NCBI RefSeq assembly: GCF_001194135.2 | Contig: NC_068985.1 | Location: forward strand, 116,377,075 to 116,441,074 | Direction: 5' to 3' | Length of the DNA stretch: 64,000 bases | DNA from: Octopus bimaculoides | Lineage: Eukaryota | Part shown: piece by piece, positions 63,603 to 64,000 of the stretch | Layout of the letters: each line of letters starts with the position of its first letter | Numbering within the stretch: the first letter of the stretch is position 1 | The notes under the pieces: generated by a model | What the model was told of the DNA's origin: nothing | What the model saw: only the letters and a program-made list of their open reading frames with translations | Database searches by the model: none | Position numbers and translations under genes: made by a program

Positions 63603-63756
63603 CGCGTACGTGCGTGCTTAGATTTTACATTCAGCTACAAGGTTGTCATGTTTACTTTCTAAGTATCGAACATCATAATTTGCTGTTAATATTGTGTCGA
63701 TCACATGTAATCTTATAAATAACTTATAAGCATAAATAAACAGCCATACATACACG

Positions 63757-63865
<109 letters not shown>

Positions 63866-64000
63866 ATATACATATATATGTATGTATATATATAGTATAT
63901 ATACGGCAGCAAAGAAAATGGAGAGGATGCAAACTCAACATACATCAGGGTAATCAGATATGAGATAATTACAATTGAAAGTAAATAACTCTGAAAAGGG

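Overview
AT-rich, repeat-saturated eukaryotic genomic DNA from a gapped draft assembly. Most N-gaps are flanked by (TA)n microsatellites. The repeat complement (several tRNA-derived SINE families, dense TA/CA/GATA/AAT microsatellites) looks like a coleoid cephalopod, probably Octopus; this is my inference and was not database-checked. I can support no intact host protein-coding gene, so the window is intergenic or inside a large intron, and almost all ORF-track entries are microsatellite or gap artefacts. Recognisable content: (1) a TIR/TSD-complete but dead hAT (Buster/GTF2IRD2-like) transposon at 1768-3651; (2) a decayed Penelope-like element (RT plus GIY-YIG, Neptune-like) at about 59567-63005 whose 3' end carries a minimal hammerhead ribozyme with a non-canonical core; (3) remnants of a second PLE type, RTE-BovB, REL-type (R4/Dong-like) LINEs and mariner/rosa/pogo elements and MITEs; (4) about 40 SINE copies. 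Most interesting observations: fold-back elements whose arms carry outward-pointing hammerhead-like motifs (clearest at 56860-57303); SINE dimers and trimers enclosed by a single TSD pair, suggesting mobilisation as multimers (32949-33390, 54240-54893); and a phased heat-shock-element array at 55848-55925.
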